Below, piece by piece: positions 60,595 through 64,000 of a stretch of DNA of 64,000 bases. Source of the stretch: Paraspadella gotoi (lineage: Eukaryota; Animalia; Chaetognatha); assembly GCA_051294375.1 (NCBI GenBank), contig CM119264.1, forward strand, positions 13,412,813-13,476,812, given 5' to 3'. Position 1 is the stretch's first letter. Each line of letters begins with the position of its first letter. The position numbers were made by a program, and so were the translations under genes. The notes under the pieces were generated by a model, which saw only the letters and a list, made by a program, of their open reading frames with translations, had not been told where the DNA came from and did no database searches.

Positions 60595-63500
60595 GAGAGA
60601 GATCACATTATTGAACAGTAAAAGCGTAGACTTATGAAAATCTTTCAACCGCTCTGTCAAAAGAAATGTCGAATGAAAAAGCAGAGGAAGAGAGCAAAGG
60701 AGTGAAGAAATAGAAGAAAGAAGATTAAAAGTGAGAACAGAATTTTAAAGAAGATATTTTGCAAAAAGAATTAAAACGAGATTACAAGAAAAACAGGAGA
60801 GAAGAAAAATAATTGAAAAGAAAAAATTCAAAGAGAGAAGAAAGAAAAGAAGAAAAGAAAGAAGAAAGAAGAAAAGAAAAGAAAAGAAAAGAAAAGAAAA
60901 GAAAGAAAGAAGAAAAGAAAATAAATATAGGATAGTATAGATGATAGGATAGGACTCCAAACCCGTGCCAAAACCTCCTTTCTCGTTGCAAGATCCTTAT
61001 TCAACCCCCGCCGCCCTACAGTCCCCCAATCACCCCCCTCTCCCCTCCCCCACCTTCCTCCACGCCATAATCCACGTGACCCTTTTCCTCCGAACCTGAA
61101 AGAGGCGGGCGCGGTTTTTTTTTTTTTTTTTTCAAAACCTGAGAAAACAAAAAATCAAAACTAAAATTGAAATATGAAACGAATGAGTTCGGGTTTTGAT
61201 TCGTGTTGTTTTTCTGTGGGGGAGGAGTCGAGATGTCTCTAACCCGTCCGTCGTCGTCGTCGTCGTTTTCGTCGTCGTCGTCGTTGGCCGTCCGTGCGAA
61301 ACACAGTCAAGGTGGTCATGGTAAAAAAAAGGCAACTCACCGGAGATTGTTTCCAAAAAAAAACACCGAACAAAAAAAAAAAAAAAAAAAATATCGCTCG
61401 ACACCTAGCGACCTGATTAAAAACATACCCTGTAACCCGGAATCGAACTCGGAAATTCTTGCTCACTCGTTCGGAGAGCCGAGCTCCCGGGGTAACACGA
61501 ACGACGTTGTCGTCGTCGACGACGATAAAGAAAAAAGTCATTCGCTTTCGAAACTCAATCTTCTCGTCGAAATCCCCAAAGGATCTCCTCGATTCCCCAA
61601 AGGATCTCCTCGATTCCCCAAGGCGGTCCCCGGGACGAAACCTCGTCGGCTGAACCGTCGATGCCCGCCTTTTCATATCCCATCGCTAATAAAACGAGGG
61701 ATTGATTATAACTGAATAAATAAATAAATAATGAATCAAACAAATAAAGTAATCAATAAATTCAGGTTTCAATCAATCACCTAAGACATTTTTTTATATT
61801 TTGAAACTAAAAATGATTGTGATAAACTTTAAAAGGGGAAACAAAATAAATCAAAACGCTCATAACTTTTTAAAGTAAAGTTTCTTGAAGTATCAATGAT
61901 CATTATTCATTATCAAAAATTACAATGATAAATAATACAGATTCGATAACCGAGTTGTCCTGGATTTTCATAAAAGAGATCCGCAACAGACAGCATAAGT
62001 ACGCAGAAAACTTTCGCTCATAATTATACGATCGATATTCTCTCTCTCTCTCTCTCNNNNNNNNNNNNNNNNNNNNNNNNNNNNNNNNNNNNNNNNNNNN
62101 NNNNNNNNNNNNNNNNNNNNNNNNNNNNNNNNNNNNNNNNNNNNNNNNNNNNNNNNNNNNNNNNNNNNNNNNNNNNNNNNNNNNNNNNNNNNNNNNNNNN
62201 NNNTCTCCTTTCCTCCATACCTGTTAATTCACAGTTATTCTAGACTTCTAGTAATTATTCTCCATACGTATACTCGGAAATCATTTAAATTGCGTTGCAC
62301 GAAGCCCATGAGCGTTCATGTTGTTATTCTAGGAGTAAGCGTCTTATGATTAATTATTCTCTGATATCGTAATTGACGTTGTCGTATTTATGACATTTAT
62401 ACAAACCGATTTTATTCAATTCACCCTTCCCTCACTTCACTTACCGTGGTCTTCCAACTTCAACTTCACCCTTCCCTCACTTCACTTACCGTGTCTTCAC
62501 TTCACTTCACCCTTCCCTCACTTCACTTATCCGTGTCTTCACTTCACTTCACCCTTCCCTCACTTCACTTACCGTGTCGTCACTTCACTTCCCCCTTCCC
62601 TCACTTCACTTACCGCTGTCGTCACTTTCACTTCCACCCTGTCCCTCATTCACTTACGTGTCTTCACTTCACTTCACCCTTCCCTCACTTCACTCTCCCT
62701 TCCTTCGTTCGAAAATCTCATGTGGCTAAATTTAAAACGAAACGTGACAAGCGACAATTTAATTCCTAATTTATCAACTTTTTAAAAAAAAAATCAAAGA
62801 AAAAAAAGCTGTGGTGAGGCGCGAGAAGGCGGAGTCGCCGGGACGTGTATGAGTCTCTACGATGGATGGAGGAGGGAGTCCGTCTATAAGTCAGTCAGAG
62901 ACGGGTTTCGGGGAGATGAACGAGGCACGGACGGACAGACGGATTGACGTAGGGATGAACCGAGACCCGGGTTTCGGGGTGAAAAACGAGCCACGGATTT
63001 TCGATGAGATCCGCTAAAATATATCTCTCCGCTTGTGTGTTTTTTTTTTTTTTTTATAGTTCGTAGTTTCGTTGACAAATATTAAATGGAAAAAGAATCG
63101 AATAGAGTAACGCTGAAGGCTGACACGGACCTCCATTGAAAGGAGGTGGACACACAGAGAGACGGACTCAATTTGTTTTAAAAGACGCTTTTTTAAGGCC
63201 GGGCGTGGGACTCGAACCTGGGACGCCCGAAGTCAAAGCCGTTGTCGTCCTCATCCGTGGACAGTTCAGCGAGGACTGCGATGCGACACAGTCCCGTTTC
63301 CCCTCTTTCTCACTCTCGGTTTCCAAATTCTCACCCCCTCCAGGTTTGCCCCTAAACCCACAATTTTTTTTGCTACTCCAACTACATCGCCCCATTCCCC
63401 TCATCGCTCCACTTTCCAGCTCCCCCCACGCTTCCCTCGCCCCCCCTTCCCAGCCCCATCCCCCTAAAATCCCCCCGCGTCGGCCGAGATCGTCCCCCAT

Positions 63501-64000
63501 AAATTCCCCCGTCTCAACGCCGGCGGGAGTCCATAAGTCAACTCGCTATGCCCCGGCCCCCAGGGGTGAAGAAAAGATCCCGGGGGGAGAAGACGCGGTG
63601 TCCTGAGGGTTGAGGGAAGACCCGGGACCGCGTGCGGGAGAAGCAAAAAGGGAATAAAGGAAAGAACTTATGAGTAGGAAATTCGTCTTGAGCAAAATAG
63701 AATATATAAATTTTTTTTTTTTATTACGTCTCCGGATTTATGCTGTTTTGGTCAATTTCATCGAAAAGATAAAATAATATAATATTTCGTTGGTAGTTTC
63801 GGTTTTGGGCATTTAAAATAATTAAACATTTGTTTGCTTAACATTCACTTTTATATGTCACTGATGCTCGTCTTTTAGACGCGTTTATCCTTTATGTTTC
63901 ACAATTTTTTTGCCATGCTAATTTTTTTGTCCGCTTCAAATTTATTTCTCCCTTCGATTTTATATGCGCGGCGAGACCTTTCGATGATTTTAATTTTATG
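60595..64000 (+). repeat. Direct copy of about 51035-54300 (part of Wnt6 intron 1)
   Basis: Colinear match including the CACTT array, bounded by 25-N gaps. 60420-60565 also repeats about 51700-51807. Confidence 0.92.

Overview
AT-rich invertebrate animal genomic DNA with short introns, many (AG)n/(AAAG)n microsatellites and three 25-N gaps. The ORF track is largely uninformative because the genes are spliced, so I assembled gene models by hand from splice sites. Seven genes result: a three-LIM-domain protein (+), a secreted neuropeptide-precursor-like gene predicted to yield pQGINDHGWLIAY-amide (-), a Cys-less (Pro-loop) pentameric ligand-gated ion channel (+), DAP1 (+), TPGS2 (-), CEP126/KIAA1377 (-) and Wnt6 (+, with indel errors). 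Introns carry a 2-kb foldback element, two TA-flanked MITEs, Helentron/DINE-1-like elements, tRNA-derived SINE heads and a Penelope-like hammerhead hairpin. The duplications at about 42.6-47.4 kb and 60.4-64 kb look like uncorrected long-read gap-fill artefacts. All family assignments come from recalled motifs, not database searches.
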